The notes under the pieces were generated by a model. It was not told the origin of the DNA, did not search any database, and worked only from the letters and a program-made list of their open reading frames with translations. DNA of 64,000 bases from Candidatus Dadabacteria bacterium (GTDB lineage: Bacteria; Desulfobacterota_D; UBA1144; Nemesobacterales; Nemesobacteraceae), in NCBI GenBank assembly GCA_026706695.1, contig JAPOYE010000047.1, forward strand, positions 1,760 through 65,759. The letters are read 5' to 3'. The position numbers and the translations under genes are program-made. Positions 9,944 to 19,835 of the stretch are shown here, one piece after another; positions within the stretch are counted from its first letter, which is position 1, and the number at the start of each line of letters is the position of its first letter.

Positions 9944-10879
9944 TCAGGAATCCTCCTTTTCTTCTCTCCACTGCTCATAATGTATTATGCCGTAGAAAAA
10001 GAACTGGGGTATACCCTTTACTTCCGGTGAATCGCAACTCGTCCGGAGCCTTGCTCCGTGGTTCATGACCACCGTGTTTATGCCATAAACCGTGGTGTCC
10101 CCCTCCACTCCGAACTCAACCGATGTATAGTCCTCCTGATCCTTCTCGAATTGCCACCTTATATCGTAAATGCCGAGTTTTTCTATCTCCTTCCTCAAGA
10201 AATAGTCGGAAACCTGCGAAGTCTGGGAATAACACGACCTTCCCCTGAAGCAGTCAAGAAATATCTCGCCGCGAAGGTGAGAGGAAACCACATCATCGAG
10301 ATTTCCGCCGTTTACCCTCCCGTAATATATCCCCTCGGGAAGCATGATCATGTTGGCGGCGAAGCGGTGGCCCCCTACATGGCTGGTTCTCCACGCGGAA
10401 ATCCCCTCTTTTTTTAGAAGTTCCTTGTAAACCCCCGATCCCGCGACCGCACAGCATCCGTCGTGGGCTCCGTGGGTGCAGACCAGAGCGAGCCTCTCTT
10501 CGCAGGAGAATTTTTCTATCTCCCCGGTGCTGACAAGCTCGGGGAGATCTATCGAGAGGAGGTCTTCGTATGTTTCTATTTCGAATCTGTAGAGTTTCGG
10601 GGAGAATTCAGAAGAGTGGGCGTAGTAAAAAGCAAGGTTTCCCTTGCTTGGCCCCGGCCCCCCTATCAGCTGAATCCTGGATTCCTCAAAAGACGAGAGA
10701 AAGCCTCCAAGATGCTCCTTTACCTCCTCCGGCACCGCGCTTTCCGGAAAAGCATCCCTTTTCCATACCCCGGAGTACTCAAGCAAAAACCAGTTTTTCA
10801 CCTCAAGAGCGGTTCCGTAGAGATGTTCTCCGCTTTGGGAAGACATCTGGGAACATGTAAGTGTTTTTTCGTCGGTCAT
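9944..10879 (-). CDS. sucrase/ferredoxin-like (thioredoxin-fold Fe-S) family protein
   Basis: 311 aa with LVCTHGAHDGCCAVAGSGVY and HVGGHRFAANMIMLPEGIYYGRV, the motifs of the Suc_Fer-like family. Confidence 0.6.
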   Translation of the reverse strand: MTDEKTLTCSQMSSQSGEHLYGTALEVKNWFLLEYSGVWKRDAFPESAVPEEVKEHLGGFLSSFEESRIQLIGGPGPSKGNLAFYYAHSSEFSPKLYRFEIETYEDLLSIDLPELVSTGEIEKFSCEERLALVCTHGAHDGCCAVAGSGVYKELLKKEGISAWRTSHVGGHRFAANMIMLPEGIYYGRVNGGNLDDVVSSHLRGEIFLDCFRGRSCYSQTSQVSDYFLRKEIEKLGIYDIRWQFEKDQEDYTSVEFGVEGDTTVYGINTVVMNHGARLRTSCDSPEVKGIPQFFFYGIIHYEQWREEKEDS

Positions 10880-10880
10880 C

Positions 10881-12173
10881 TCATCCTCCTTGGCCCTGCC
10901 CGGCGTTTTTTGCCCTAAGCACCGTCAGGAATTCCCCCTTCGGCACCAGATAGAAGAACTTTCCCCAGTTTTTCATCACACCCGCGTGCCGGGAGGCATC
11001 TTTTCCCTCCCCCCAGAAAAGGTCGACGCGCCGGGCCCCTTTTATGGCTCCCCCGCTGTCGTGGTTAACGACAAAGCGGGAAACCGGTTCCCACTGCGAC
11101 GGCTCGACTGAAGAGGAAGTTTCGAAGACCGGTCTCTCAAACTCCATGAACGCCAGAGCTCCCCTGGGGAAAAAAACCTTGTCGGTCGCTATGGTCCTGC
11201 CGTCGACGACTTCCGTTCCGAAAGAGGTTTCGGGTTTCCCCGGAAGTCCGCGGAAGAAAATGTAACTCGGGTTTTTGTAAAGGATATTCATCCTCTCCGC
11301 GTAGGAGAGGGATCTCAGGTGGCTTTCTATGGCCCAGAGGCTCATTTTTTCCTTCGGAATCCACTCGAAGAGAAATTTCCCTATTGCCACGTAATCGTGT
11401 CCGTTCTGGGCGGCGTAGCCCACGACCCGCTCCTCTCCGTCCGCGAACCTTATTTTACCCGAGCCCTGAATCTGAAGAAAAAACGCGTCAACAGGGTCTA
11501 CCCACGCGATCTCAAGCCTTTTCCCCCGGAGCTTTCCCCCGGAGTCTATTTCGCTTCGCGAGTAATAGGGAACCAGTTCGGACGTCCTGCCGGGACCTCC
11601 GGGGGCAACCCTGCCGTAGAGGGACTGAAGCTTTTCCCAGGCGATCTTGTCCTCCTCAAGAAACGAAAGTCTCTCGAACCGCTCGACGAACCTGTCTATC
11701 CTCAAGCGCACCAGGTCGTCGGGAATCCCATAGAGCGGCTGGGTGTGCTGAAGTGTCCTGGTTCGGGAAGCGGAGAGCACCGGAGAAAAGTAAGAGGTTA
11801 TAAAAACCTTGCCCCAGGGTTTTCCCGGAAAGCCGTAGAAATCGAAATTTTCCCTTACGTCCTTTATGAAATCATCCTTGGTAACGCCCGCCTCAAGCTT
11901 GGCGAGAAGATAACCGAGTGCAAGTGCGTAGTCTCCCGCGGAGACGGTTTTTTGTCCGAAAACGAGTTGGGAGTCCTTTTTCTGCGAAAGTTTCTCGACG
12001 CTTGCGCCGATGGATTCCTTCAGTCCCTCGGGGAAAAGGTCGTCGTCCATCTCGGGAAATGCGGGAACCGCCCGCATGGACTCGGGGCCCGGAATCTCCG
12101 GAGGTCTCTCGCAGGAAAGGTAGAGAAAGAGCAGGAAAACGGCTGACAGGACAGCTGCGGTTCTTTGGTTCAT
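10881..12173 (-). CDS. mltA: membrane-bound lytic murein transglycosylase A (MltA family)
   Basis: 430 aa. Lipoprotein-like signal (LLFLYLSC), an MltA domain and a C-terminal 3D-domain motif HDSGGAIKGARRVDLFWGEG. Confidence 0.8.
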   Translation of the reverse strand: MNQRTAAVLSAVFLLFLYLSCERPPEIPGPESMRAVPAFPEMDDDLFPEGLKESIGASVEKLSQKKDSQLVFGQKTVSAGDYALALGYLLAKLEAGVTKDDFIKDVRENFDFYGFPGKPWGKVFITSYFSPVLSASRTRTLQHTQPLYGIPDDLVRLRIDRFVERFERLSFLEEDKIAWEKLQSLYGRVAPGGPGRTSELVPYYSRSEIDSGGKLRGKRLEIAWVDPVDAFFLQIQGSGKIRFADGEERVVGYAAQNGHDYVAIGKFLFEWIPKEKMSLWAIESHLRSLSYAERMNILYKNPSYIFFRGLPGKPETSFGTEVVDGRTIATDKVFFPRGALAFMEFERPVFETSSSVEPSQWEPVSRFVVNHDSGGAIKGARRVDLFWGEGKDASRHAGVMKNWGKFFYLVPKGEFLTVLRAKNAGQGQGG

Positions 12174-12389
12174 TTAAACCTGTTGGTTCTCTAAAGGAAA
12201 AATATACGACGCGAAACGCCCGCTAATCAGGATAAATTTATACCTTGTTACATGCGGCTTACGCAAAAATTCTGCGTCTCCGTTCTCTGCCGGGACGGAT
12301 ATTTTTCTGAAAAGACAGGGTAAAATAAAAATTTCGGGACAGTCTGGCCGCAGCAACCTGCGGTTTTTTGCAGTCAAGAAACGGAAAAA

Positions 12390-13334
12390 ATGAAGCGGAA
12401 ATTCCTTGGCATAGATATAGGGGGAACCAATATCAGGGGGAAAGTCATCTCCGAGGAGGGAGGCACGCTCGGCGAGAGAAAAACCCTCTCGGACGCCCAC
12501 ATGGGCATCTCCCGGCTCATGGAGAACCTGGCCGACTTCATAGAAGGATTTGCCGGGGAAGGGCTATCCGCAATCGGGATAGGAGTACCGGGGACCGTTG
12601 ACCGCGCAAGCGGCACTCTTGTCCAGGCCCCGAACATAGCAAACACCAGGGATTTCCCGTTTACAGAAGTCCTTTCGGAGAAAATCGGAACCGCAACCCC
12701 CGTTTTTATACAAAACGACGCTTCCTGCGCGGCTCTCGGTGAATACCGGGCGGGGGCGGGCAGAGGATCAGGCTCGATGGTAATGATAACCTTGGGAACA
12801 GGGTTCGGGGGCGGAATAATCCTCGACGGCAAGCTCTGGCCGGGGGAAGACGGCTTCGCCGGAGAGGTGGGGCATATAACGATTAACCCGTCGGGACCCA
12901 TTTGTGGCTGCGGCGCGAGGGGCTGCATTGAAACCTACGTTTCTCAGGTAGCGATAAAGAGAGTCGTCCGCGAGCACCCGGAACTCCGCGAAAGGCTCGC
13001 CGGTACCGAAGAATCAGCCCTCCCCGAGCGCCTGGCGGAGCTTGCGCGCGAAAAAGACCAAGCGGCCATCTCGGTATGGAACGATTTCGGGGCGAACCTG
13101 GGGGTGGGAATATCAATTCTCGTAAACATCCTCGACGTAAAGACGGTGGTAGTGGGCGGGGGGCTTTCGGGGGCCTGGGAACTTTTTATCGGGAAAGCCC
13201 TCGAGGAAGCCGAAAGAAGGTGTCTTGGGGGAGCCCAAAGGGGACTTCAGGTAAAAAGAGCGGCCCTGGGAGACGATGCGGGGGTGCTGGGAGCGTGTTA
13301 CGTGGCCGAAACCGGGCTCGGGGAGAGATCCTAG
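12390..13334 (+). CDS. ROK-family glucokinase
   Basis: 314 aa. FLGIDIGGTNIRG N-terminal ATP motif and the ROK Cys cluster GPICGCGARGCIETYVS. Confidence 0.8.
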   Translation: MKRKFLGIDIGGTNIRGKVISEEGGTLGERKTLSDAHMGISRLMENLADFIEGFAGEGLSAIGIGVPGTVDRASGTLVQAPNIANTRDFPFTEVLSEKIGTATPVFIQNDASCAALGEYRAGAGRGSGSMVMITLGTGFGGGIILDGKLWPGEDGFAGEVGHITINPSGPICGCGARGCIETYVSQVAIKRVVREHPELRERLAGTEESALPERLAELAREKDQAAISVWNDFGANLGVGISILVNILDVKTVVVGGGLSGAWELFIGKALEEAERRCLGGAQRGLQVKRAALGDDAGVLGACYVAETGLGERS

Positions 13335-14743
13335 GAGGCCCGGAGACTTTTCGCAAGGTCAAGCAGCTTCTGCGAAGAACCGCGAATCCTTATCCTGAGC
13401 CACGGACCCTTGGTTTCATCCGCTTTGAACCTGTTATCCATTCTTAAACCGCCCACCCAGACTATTCCATCGCGGGTTTCGAAAACCGGCACTTTTTTTC
13501 TAAGAAATCTAGGTATTTTCTCGTCAATGAAGAAATCCTTGAGCTTCTTGGCTCCCTTCATTCCGAGCGGAACGAACCTGTCTCCTTCGGAAAAGCTCCT
13601 GAGCGTTACGGGAAAACCGACTTTTTCGGGCGCGAAGTGCCCGACATCGGCCGCGCCCCAGAGGGAGGCGTCATCCGTAAGCTCAACAGTGACCTCAAGA
13701 TCCCGGGAGATCCTGTGGGTACCGTGGTTTTTTATCTCGGTTTGCGGGAACTCGCGAAATTTCTCCTCGCGCGTGAAAAAGAAAACCCCGTGCCCCGCGT
13801 GAAAAACGACTCCGCCGGGAAGGTTTACCTCAGCAGAGGGCTCCCCGGAGCCAAGCACTTCGTCAATCGCGAAAAGATGCTTGGCGGAAACCGAGTTCAG
13901 GTCCCCCTTTACGGCCAGAATCGATTTTCTCATTACCGAGAACCTGATCGCCGGGGGCTCGCGAAGAAGTTTTTCCGTGTCTCCGAGCACGCCTCCTGCC
14001 ACAACGCGGGCAATCTCCCGAAATCTTTTCTCGCCTTCGGCCGAAATGAAATCCGCTTCCGCGGCGCAGACCGCCGCCACACGGGAGAGAACCTGCTCGA
14101 CGGCCGGATTATAGCTCTCAAGCAGGGGAATAAGTTCGCTCCTTACCCTGTTTCTCAAAAATTCGTCCGAACTGTTGGTAGAATCCTCCCTCCAGGGCTC
14201 TCCTTTTGACTGGAGGTACTCGATGACTTCATGCTTGGTGACGTTTATGAGCGGGCGTATTATGTTGCCGACCGAGGGTCTTATCCCGGCAAGCCCTCGG
14301 GAACCGCTTCCCCTTATGAGCCTCATTATGACCGTCTCCGCCTGATCGTTAAGCGTGTGCGCCGTGGCGATCCTCTGGGCAGAATATTTCGTCAGAACAT
14401 CGTTGAAAAAGCCGTAGCGAAGCTCCCTGGCGGCGTCCTCGAGTGAAAGTCCGTGTTTTTTTCTGAAGCCCTCCGCGTCTACCCGCACGCATTCAAACGG
14501 AAAGCCGAGCCGCTTGGCCGCTTCCCTGACGAACTCGGCGTCTTCATCCGACTCGGCGCCCCTTAGCCCGTGATTGACGTGGGAAACGATCACATTTGTG
14601 CCCGGATAAAACTCCCGCAGGTCCCAAAGGGCAAAGAGAAGCGCCATGGAGTCTGACCCCCCGGACACTCCCGCGACGATCACGTCCCCGGGAGCGATCA
14701 TTCCGAAGGAATCAACCGTTTTTCTTATCTTGGCCAGAAACAT
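13331..14743 (-). CDS. tilS: tRNA(Ile)-lysidine synthase
   Basis: 470 aa with the PP-loop SGGSDSMALL and a TilS substrate/C-terminal domain. An internal ATG at 14701 would remove the 32-nt overlap with the upstream gene. Confidence 0.9.
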   Translation of the reverse strand: MFLAKIRKTVDSFGMIAPGDVIVAGVSGGSDSMALLFALWDLREFYPGTNVIVSHVNHGLRGAESDEDAEFVREAAKRLGFPFECVRVDAEGFRKKHGLSLEDAARELRYGFFNDVLTKYSAQRIATAHTLNDQAETVIMRLIRGSGSRGLAGIRPSVGNIIRPLINVTKHEVIEYLQSKGEPWREDSTNSSDEFLRNRVRSELIPLLESYNPAVEQVLSRVAAVCAAEADFISAEGEKRFREIARVVAGGVLGDTEKLLREPPAIRFSVMRKSILAVKGDLNSVSAKHLFAIDEVLGSGEPSAEVNLPGGVVFHAGHGVFFFTREEKFREFPQTEIKNHGTHRISRDLEVTVELTDDASLWGAADVGHFAPEKVGFPVTLRSFSEGDRFVPLGMKGAKKLKDFFIDEKIPRFLRKKVPVFETRDGIVWVGGLRMDNRFKADETKGPWLRIRIRGSSQKLLDLAKSLRAS

Positions 14744-15449
14744 CGGAGTCGCTTTGAGAAATCCCGGCGGAAACTATGAGCCGAAACGCGTCTTCCACGG
14801 AAATATCCAGCTCCTGCAGGTCCTCTTCCGGAACCATAATGTAAATGCCGCTTGTCGGATTCGGCGTCGTGGGGACAAACAGGCTGACAAGATTATGGTC
14901 CGTCACGTTATGGTTCCTCCTGGCCTCCGTAACTCCCGTTACGAAAGCTATGGCATGAATCCCTTTTCTCGGGTACTCGACCAGCACGACCCTACTCATG
15001 CTCTGCATCTGGGAGGTGAAAAAAAGCGTCTGCACGACCTGCTTCACGCTCACGTAGAAAGTTCTCGCAAGCGGAATCTTCGAGATAAGAGACTCGCCGA
15101 ACAGAATCATCCTCCTGCCAACGAAGTTCCTGGTCACAGCCCCCAGGAAAATGATCAGCAGTAGCGTGGCAAGGATCCCTATGACAAAAGAGATTCCCTG
15201 AAACACGTAGGGCGGAACATCTATGAAGTGGCGGAGTATCCCGGCAGGGCCGGTGCTGAAAAAGAAAAGCATCCACTTTATCAGCTTGTAGAGGACGAAA
15301 ATGGTCACCCCGAAAGGGACGATAATCAGGATGCCGGCAATGAAGCTCTGCTTGAAAAAAGAAGATTGAGGAGGTTTTGAGTCTGGTATTTTAATCCCCC
15401 CGTTTCTGGTCAATCTTTTTCCTGAGAAACCTGCTGGGTTTGAAAACAA
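14712..15449 (-). CDS. DUF502-family membrane protein
   Basis: 245 aa, two N-terminal TM helices and the conserved block RNFVGRRMILFGESLISKIPLARTFYVSVKQVV. The 5' end overlaps ihfA by 59 nt, so the true start is uncertain. Confidence 0.6.
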   Translation of the reverse strand: MFSNPAGFSGKRLTRNGGIKIPDSKPPQSSFFKQSFIAGILIIVPFGVTIFVLYKLIKWMLFFFSTGPAGILRHFIDVPPYVFQGISFVIGILATLLLIIFLGAVTRNFVGRRMILFGESLISKIPLARTFYVSVKQVVQTLFFTSQMQSMSRVVLVEYPRKGIHAIAFVTGVTEARRNHNVTDHNLVSLFVPTTPNPTSGIYIMVPEEDLQELDISVEDAFRLIVSAGISQSDSDVSGQDKKNG

Positions 15450-15678
15450 CTGTCAGACGGGAAGGTATGTCTACTTCCTCTCCAGTGGAAGGGTTTCTTC
15501 CTATACGGGATTTCCTTCTCGTGACCCTGAAGGTTCCGAACCCTGGGAGTTTCACCTCTTCACCGGCTATAAGCTTCTCTCTCATCAAGTCGAAAAAAAA
15601 GTTTACTATCTCAGCGGATTCCCTTCTCGAAAACCCTATTTCCTCGTATAAAACGCCTGCCAGATCCTTCTTTGTCAT
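15391..15678 (-). CDS. ihfA: integration host factor alpha subunit (HU/IHF family)
   Basis: 95 aa with GFGTFRV..R..R.GRNPSTGEEV.IP...V.FKPS. It sits directly downstream of pheT, as in the classical pheST-ihfA arrangement. Confidence 0.8.
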   Translation of the reverse strand: MTKKDLAGVLYEEIGFSRRESAEIVNFFFDLMREKLIAGEEVKLPGFGTFRVTRRKSRIGRNPSTGEEVDIPSRLTVVFKPSRFLRKKIDQKRGD

Positions 15679-15693
15679 GAAAAGCCCCCCTTT

Positions 15694-18108
15694 TTAGATC
15701 GAACGCAATTCGGCCCCTATTGTTTTTTCCAAACTCTTAAGAACATCCTGCTGAACCCTGTTAGCATCCTCGTCGGTAAGGGTCCTTTCCCTGTTTCGAA
15801 GAATCAAGGAAAGTGCAACACTCTTTTTTCCTTCTTCAAGGGAATCTCCCTTGTAAACGTCAAACACCCAAGCGTTTTCTATTATACCGGAATCCGCTTT
15901 TTTTATAACCGAAAGAATTTCCCGCACCGGAACCGTATCATCGACCACAAGCGCTATGTCGCGACGAAGAGAGGGAAATTTGGGAAGGGGGGAGAATTTC
16001 CTCTCGAAACTCGTATAGACGACCGAGAGAAGCGACAGGTCGAGTTCAAGCACGTACACGCTTTCGCTTATCTCGAGTTTTTCCAGAAGATGGGGATGAA
16101 GCTCCCCTACCATCCCCAGAACGTTTCCGTCGACCAGTACGGCGGAGGATTTTCCGGGCCAGAGGAATCCATGATCGGGGGAAACGGACTCAAACTCTAT
16201 CCTTGAATCCACCGAAAGGACCTCCAGGCTCCTTTCAAGCACGCTTTTTATGTCAAAGAAGTCGAATTTCTCCCCGTCCCATATCTCTGGTGCCCTTTTT
16301 CCGGTGGCAATCGCCGCGAATTTCTTCACTTCGTTCGGCAACTGGTCCATGTCCTTGGGGTAAAACACCTTGCCGGACTCGAAAAGTCTTACGTCCTGAT
16401 TCTGCCTTGAGAGGTTGAGTCTCACGTTTTTCACCAGGGAGGGAAGAAGACTCATCCTCATCTCCGAAAGCTCCCGCGATATCGGGTTCATAATGCGGAT
16501 CGACTCCTCAAAGCCGAACGTCCTGAGAAGTTCGGGAGACTCGAAACTGTAGTTTATAGCCTCAAGAAAACCGTAGGAGACGAAAATGTCCCTGAGTCTT
16601 TTCTCCATGACGGTTATCACGCTGGGTTTTCTGGCTACCATGGGAACCTCCGGCAGGACGGAGGGAATGTTGTCATAACCCAGAAGACGGGCGACTTCCT
16701 CGACTATGTCCACCTCGCGCTCTACGTCCACCCTGAAAGTCGGAACCCGAAGCAAAAGCTCCCCGGCAGAGATGCTCAGAACTTCAAACCCGAGACTCTC
16801 GAGAAGTTCCGCTATCTCCTGGGAATCGGTGGATATGCCGACCAGATTGCAGACCTTGTCAACCGACATGGAGATCTCCCTTGGGCTAACCGGTTCGGGA
16901 TACACGTCGATAATCCCCTTGGCAACTGTTCCCCCGGATAAGCGGTTTATAAGCTCGGCGGCGCGGTCAAGCGCAAACGAAACGTTGTTTATGTCTATGC
17001 CTTTTTCAAACCTGCTCGAAGATTCGCTCTTGAGACCGGTTCGCTTGGACGTTTTCCTTATCCCTACGGGAGAAAAGTAAGCGGATTCAAGCAGAACATT
17101 GCTCGTCGCATCTTCTATTTCGGTGCCGGATCCGCCCATGACTCCTGCAAGCGCGACGGGATGATCCCCGCTGCAGATAAGCAGATCCTCGGCGAGCAGC
17201 TTTCTCTCGACCCCGTCTAGCGTTTCTATCGTTTCCCCGTCACTAGCTTTTCTGACGGAGATCCGACCCCCTTCAAGCTTGTCGTAATCAAAAGCGTGAA
17301 GCGGCTGTCCCTGCTCAAGCAAAACGAAGTTCGTAACGTCAACGACATTGTTAACGGAGCGGATTCCGCAGTACTCAAGCCTCTCCTGAAGCCACGCGGG
17401 AGAAGGACCGATTCTGACTCCTTCAATGAGCCGGCAGCAGTACCTGGGGCACGCCTCCGCGTCCTCAACAACTACGGCGGCCCTCTCCGAAATGCTCTCC
17501 CCCTGCTCTTTTAAGGAGAAAACCGGTTTCTGAAGATTCTCGCCCAGTATTGCCGAGACTTCTCTCGCGATCCCGAAAATACTCATGCAGTCAGGACGGT
17601 TAGGGGTAATTCCCACCTCGAAGATAACGCCGTCGTAACCGATCTGCTCGTTCATGCTGGTTCCAAGTTCTGCCTTGGGCGAAAGAATCATTATCCCGTC
17701 TTCGTCGCCCGAGAGACCCATTTCATCCGCGGAACACAGCATTCCCTCGGAATTCTCCCCGCGGATATTGGAGCGTTTTATCTTAAGGCCTTCCGGAAAC
17801 TTCAAGGTAGCGGGAAGAACGGTTCCAGCCCTGGCAAAAGCGACCTTGTCCCCTTTTTTCATGTTGTCCGCACCGCAGACAACCGTGTAGGGGGTTTCTC
17901 CGTCCGTAATCTCGCAGACGCTCAGCCTGTCGGCGTTCGGATGCTTCTCGATGCTGCTTATCTGGGCAACGCAGACATCGGCAAGAGCCTTGCCCTTGTC
18001 TTCAAGCGCTTCAAGCTCCAGGCCCGCCATGGTAAGCATTTCTCCCAGCTCTTCCGGAGAAACGTCGATTTTGAGGTAGTCGGTAAGCCATCCAAGAGGA
18101 AAAATCAT
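15694..18108 (-). CDS. pheT: phenylalanine--tRNA ligase beta subunit
   Basis: 804 aa with the full PheT layout: N-terminal tRNA-binding domain, B3/4, B5, core and a C-terminal FDX-ACB domain. Confidence 0.95.
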   Translation of the reverse strand: MIFPLGWLTDYLKIDVSPEELGEMLTMAGLELEALEDKGKALADVCVAQISSIEKHPNADRLSVCEITDGETPYTVVCGADNMKKGDKVAFARAGTVLPATLKFPEGLKIKRSNIRGENSEGMLCSADEMGLSGDEDGIMILSPKAELGTSMNEQIGYDGVIFEVGITPNRPDCMSIFGIAREVSAILGENLQKPVFSLKEQGESISERAAVVVEDAEACPRYCCRLIEGVRIGPSPAWLQERLEYCGIRSVNNVVDVTNFVLLEQGQPLHAFDYDKLEGGRISVRKASDGETIETLDGVERKLLAEDLLICSGDHPVALAGVMGGSGTEIEDATSNVLLESAYFSPVGIRKTSKRTGLKSESSSRFEKGIDINNVSFALDRAAELINRLSGGTVAKGIIDVYPEPVSPREISMSVDKVCNLVGISTDSQEIAELLESLGFEVLSISAGELLLRVPTFRVDVEREVDIVEEVARLLGYDNIPSVLPEVPMVARKPSVITVMEKRLRDIFVSYGFLEAINYSFESPELLRTFGFEESIRIMNPISRELSEMRMSLLPSLVKNVRLNLSRQNQDVRLFESGKVFYPKDMDQLPNEVKKFAAIATGKRAPEIWDGEKFDFFDIKSVLERSLEVLSVDSRIEFESVSPDHGFLWPGKSSAVLVDGNVLGMVGELHPHLLEKLEISESVYVLELDLSLLSVVYTSFERKFSPLPKFPSLRRDIALVVDDTVPVREILSVIKKADSGIIENAWVFDVYKGDSLEEGKKSVALSLILRNRERTLTDEDANRVQQDVLKSLEKTIGAELRSI

Positions 18109-18592
18109 AAATTCACCCGGCGAGTTAGGTTACACGGTATAAAAAACTGGTCAACAGTTAACCTGCTGAAAACAAAAGATTATTTAAGAAATTAAAAATA
18201 ACCCCCAAACAATCATGACCAAACCCGGGGGACCGCGCAACCGGTCCCGCAAACAGGCGGGCATTTTAACCGGCTGAAGAGAAAAAACGCGGTTCCCGAG
18301 ACGGGCAAAGAAGCGCGCGCCCCGCGTAAAATTCTCGGTAAACTTCTTAACTGTTAACAAATTATTAAAATTTCGTTTGGAGTTTCTTAATTCACTGATA
18401 TGAAACACTTTTTCTTGTCGATAGATTGTGAATGGAATTCCCCGAACTCTGCAGGCCGTACTCTAACTCCCTTGAATAATTGAATAATTCTCCAAACGGC
18501 CCGATTCCTCTCACTCGTTCCGCCGAGTGCCCTGTGAAATGTTTGGAACTCATAAACCTAGATTGACAGGTCTTTAAGGATAAGGAGGTAAC

Positions 18593-18743
18593 AATGCCTA
18601 AGACCCAAACTTTCCCTGTACGGACTGCTTGAATACTTCAATATGGAAGAGAAGGCAATGAAGCACATGGAAGCGATACGGTGGGAAGAAACAAGCACAA
18701 AAACTTCCTTAAATGGTTGTAATTCTCACAGCGATTTGATTTA
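18593..18743 (+). pseudogene. possible N-terminal remnant of an IS1595-family transposase (frameshifted, truncated)
   Basis: Strong RBS AAGGAGG 6 nt before the ATG at 18593, then a stop after 12 codons. The next frame (from 18615) reads LYGLLEYFNMEEKAMKHMEAIRWEE.., resembling the L.eF...FptEe.C..yLe..RW start of the IS1595 Zn-ribbon domain. It then degenerates and stops at 18743. Confidence 0.3.
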
Positions 18744-18845
18744 ATGCCTTGTGGAGGGAGCAAGGGCCTGAACCATCCTTGGAATCCAGAACCTAGTAAG
18801 CAGCTCTGGGTTTCGGCGCTCTCCGCATCTAACCTAGTGACTTAT

Positions 18846-19709
18846 ATGATGAAATTTGCTGTTCTGCTTCTTGCGCTCTTTCTTCTGTCCTGCGTGGGAT
18901 CCGAGGGAGAATCGCCTTCGGAGCATAGACTGGACGGAGTTCTGCGCACAGACGCTCTCGGCAACCCGATTGAAGAGGGAGTCAACTATTACGGCTGCCC
19001 ACGAGGCGGATGGGTCAAGGATCTCAGGGACTGCCCGAAGGCTCCCTACCTTGAGACCTGCAGGCCCGAGGAAATAGAGCAAGTGACAGACGAACAGATA
19101 GAGGAATTTCTGCTGTGGTTCAGCCGAGACGTCGTGCGATGGGCCTCGGCTCCGACGGTGCGGCTCTCCCGCGATCTCCCGGGCCACGTGCGCAGAGCGG
19201 TCATGGAGGCAATCTCCAGACTTAACACCGTGCTCCCCGACCCCTACGACATGAGGATCGGACAGGATGCCACAGATCCCGCCGAGCGCGTTCCCCGGGG
19301 GGAGATCCACGTCCACTTCGGATACACTCCCCAGTGGACCTGGCCCGACGGCTCGTTCATAGACCCCGAGCGCACGGGACTGTTCGGCATCGCGGGATAC
19401 AACTCGGATGAGGACGGCCTCATTCACTCCCGCATATGGATAGGTGCGAACGCGGAGCAAAGCCCCTGTCCCGGACGTCAGGACGACGAACTCCTGAGAA
19501 AGGTGGCCCTCCACGAACTTCTCCACGCCCTGGGTTTTCCGGGACACGTGCCTTGGCCCCGATACGATACCATCATGGACTCGCAGATTGGCTGCAATCT
19601 CATGGACTCATTTGAAGAGGCGACTCTGCCCATGCCTCTTGACTGTGCGGCACTTCGGAAGATCTATTCGCTTGAAATAGGAACTCCGGTTGAAGACATT
19701 GCCGACTGA
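18846..19709 (+). CDS. lipoprotein with metzincin-type zinc-protease motif
   Basis: Start placed at MMKFAVLLLALFLLSC (signal peptide plus lipobox Cys). Contains HELLHALGFPGH, i.e. HExxHxxGxxH. No closer family recognised. Confidence 0.6.
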   Translation: MMKFAVLLLALFLLSCVGSEGESPSEHRLDGVLRTDALGNPIEEGVNYYGCPRGGWVKDLRDCPKAPYLETCRPEEIEQVTDEQIEEFLLWFSRDVVRWASAPTVRLSRDLPGHVRRAVMEAISRLNTVLPDPYDMRIGQDATDPAERVPRGEIHVHFGYTPQWTWPDGSFIDPERTGLFGIAGYNSDEDGLIHSRIWIGANAEQSPCPGRQDDELLRKVALHELLHALGFPGHVPWPRYDTIMDSQIGCNLMDSFEEATLPMPLDCAALRKIYSLEIGTPVEDIAD

Positions 19710-19806
19710 AAAACCCGAGTACAATAGGCCCGGCCGAAAAAAAGATTCGCAATATTCCTGAATGTCGTTAAACAACCCTTGTCAACTTAAGTATATAGTT
19801 CCCTAA

Positions 19807-19822
19807 TGTTTCACGTGAAACA
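19807..19822. promoter_or_regulatory. parS (ParB-binding centromere site)
   Basis: TGTTTCACGTGAAACA is a perfect 16-bp palindrome matching the widely conserved parS consensus TGTTNCACGTGAAACA. The palindrome extends to AATGTTTCACGTGAAACATT. Confidence 0.8.
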
Positions 19823-19835
19823 TTCAGTTCCGTTT

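Noticed and set aside
18184-18408. 74-aa ORF upstream of pheT, and a 9-nt inverted repeat (AACAGTTAA at 18153-18161 / TTAACTGTT at 18347-18355) flanking a GC-rich 185-bp segment. Considered as a MITE or small RNA.
   Set aside because: The ORF has no RBS or recognisable sequence. A 9-nt inverted repeat is within chance expectation for 64 kb, and I could not fold a convincing conserved RNA.
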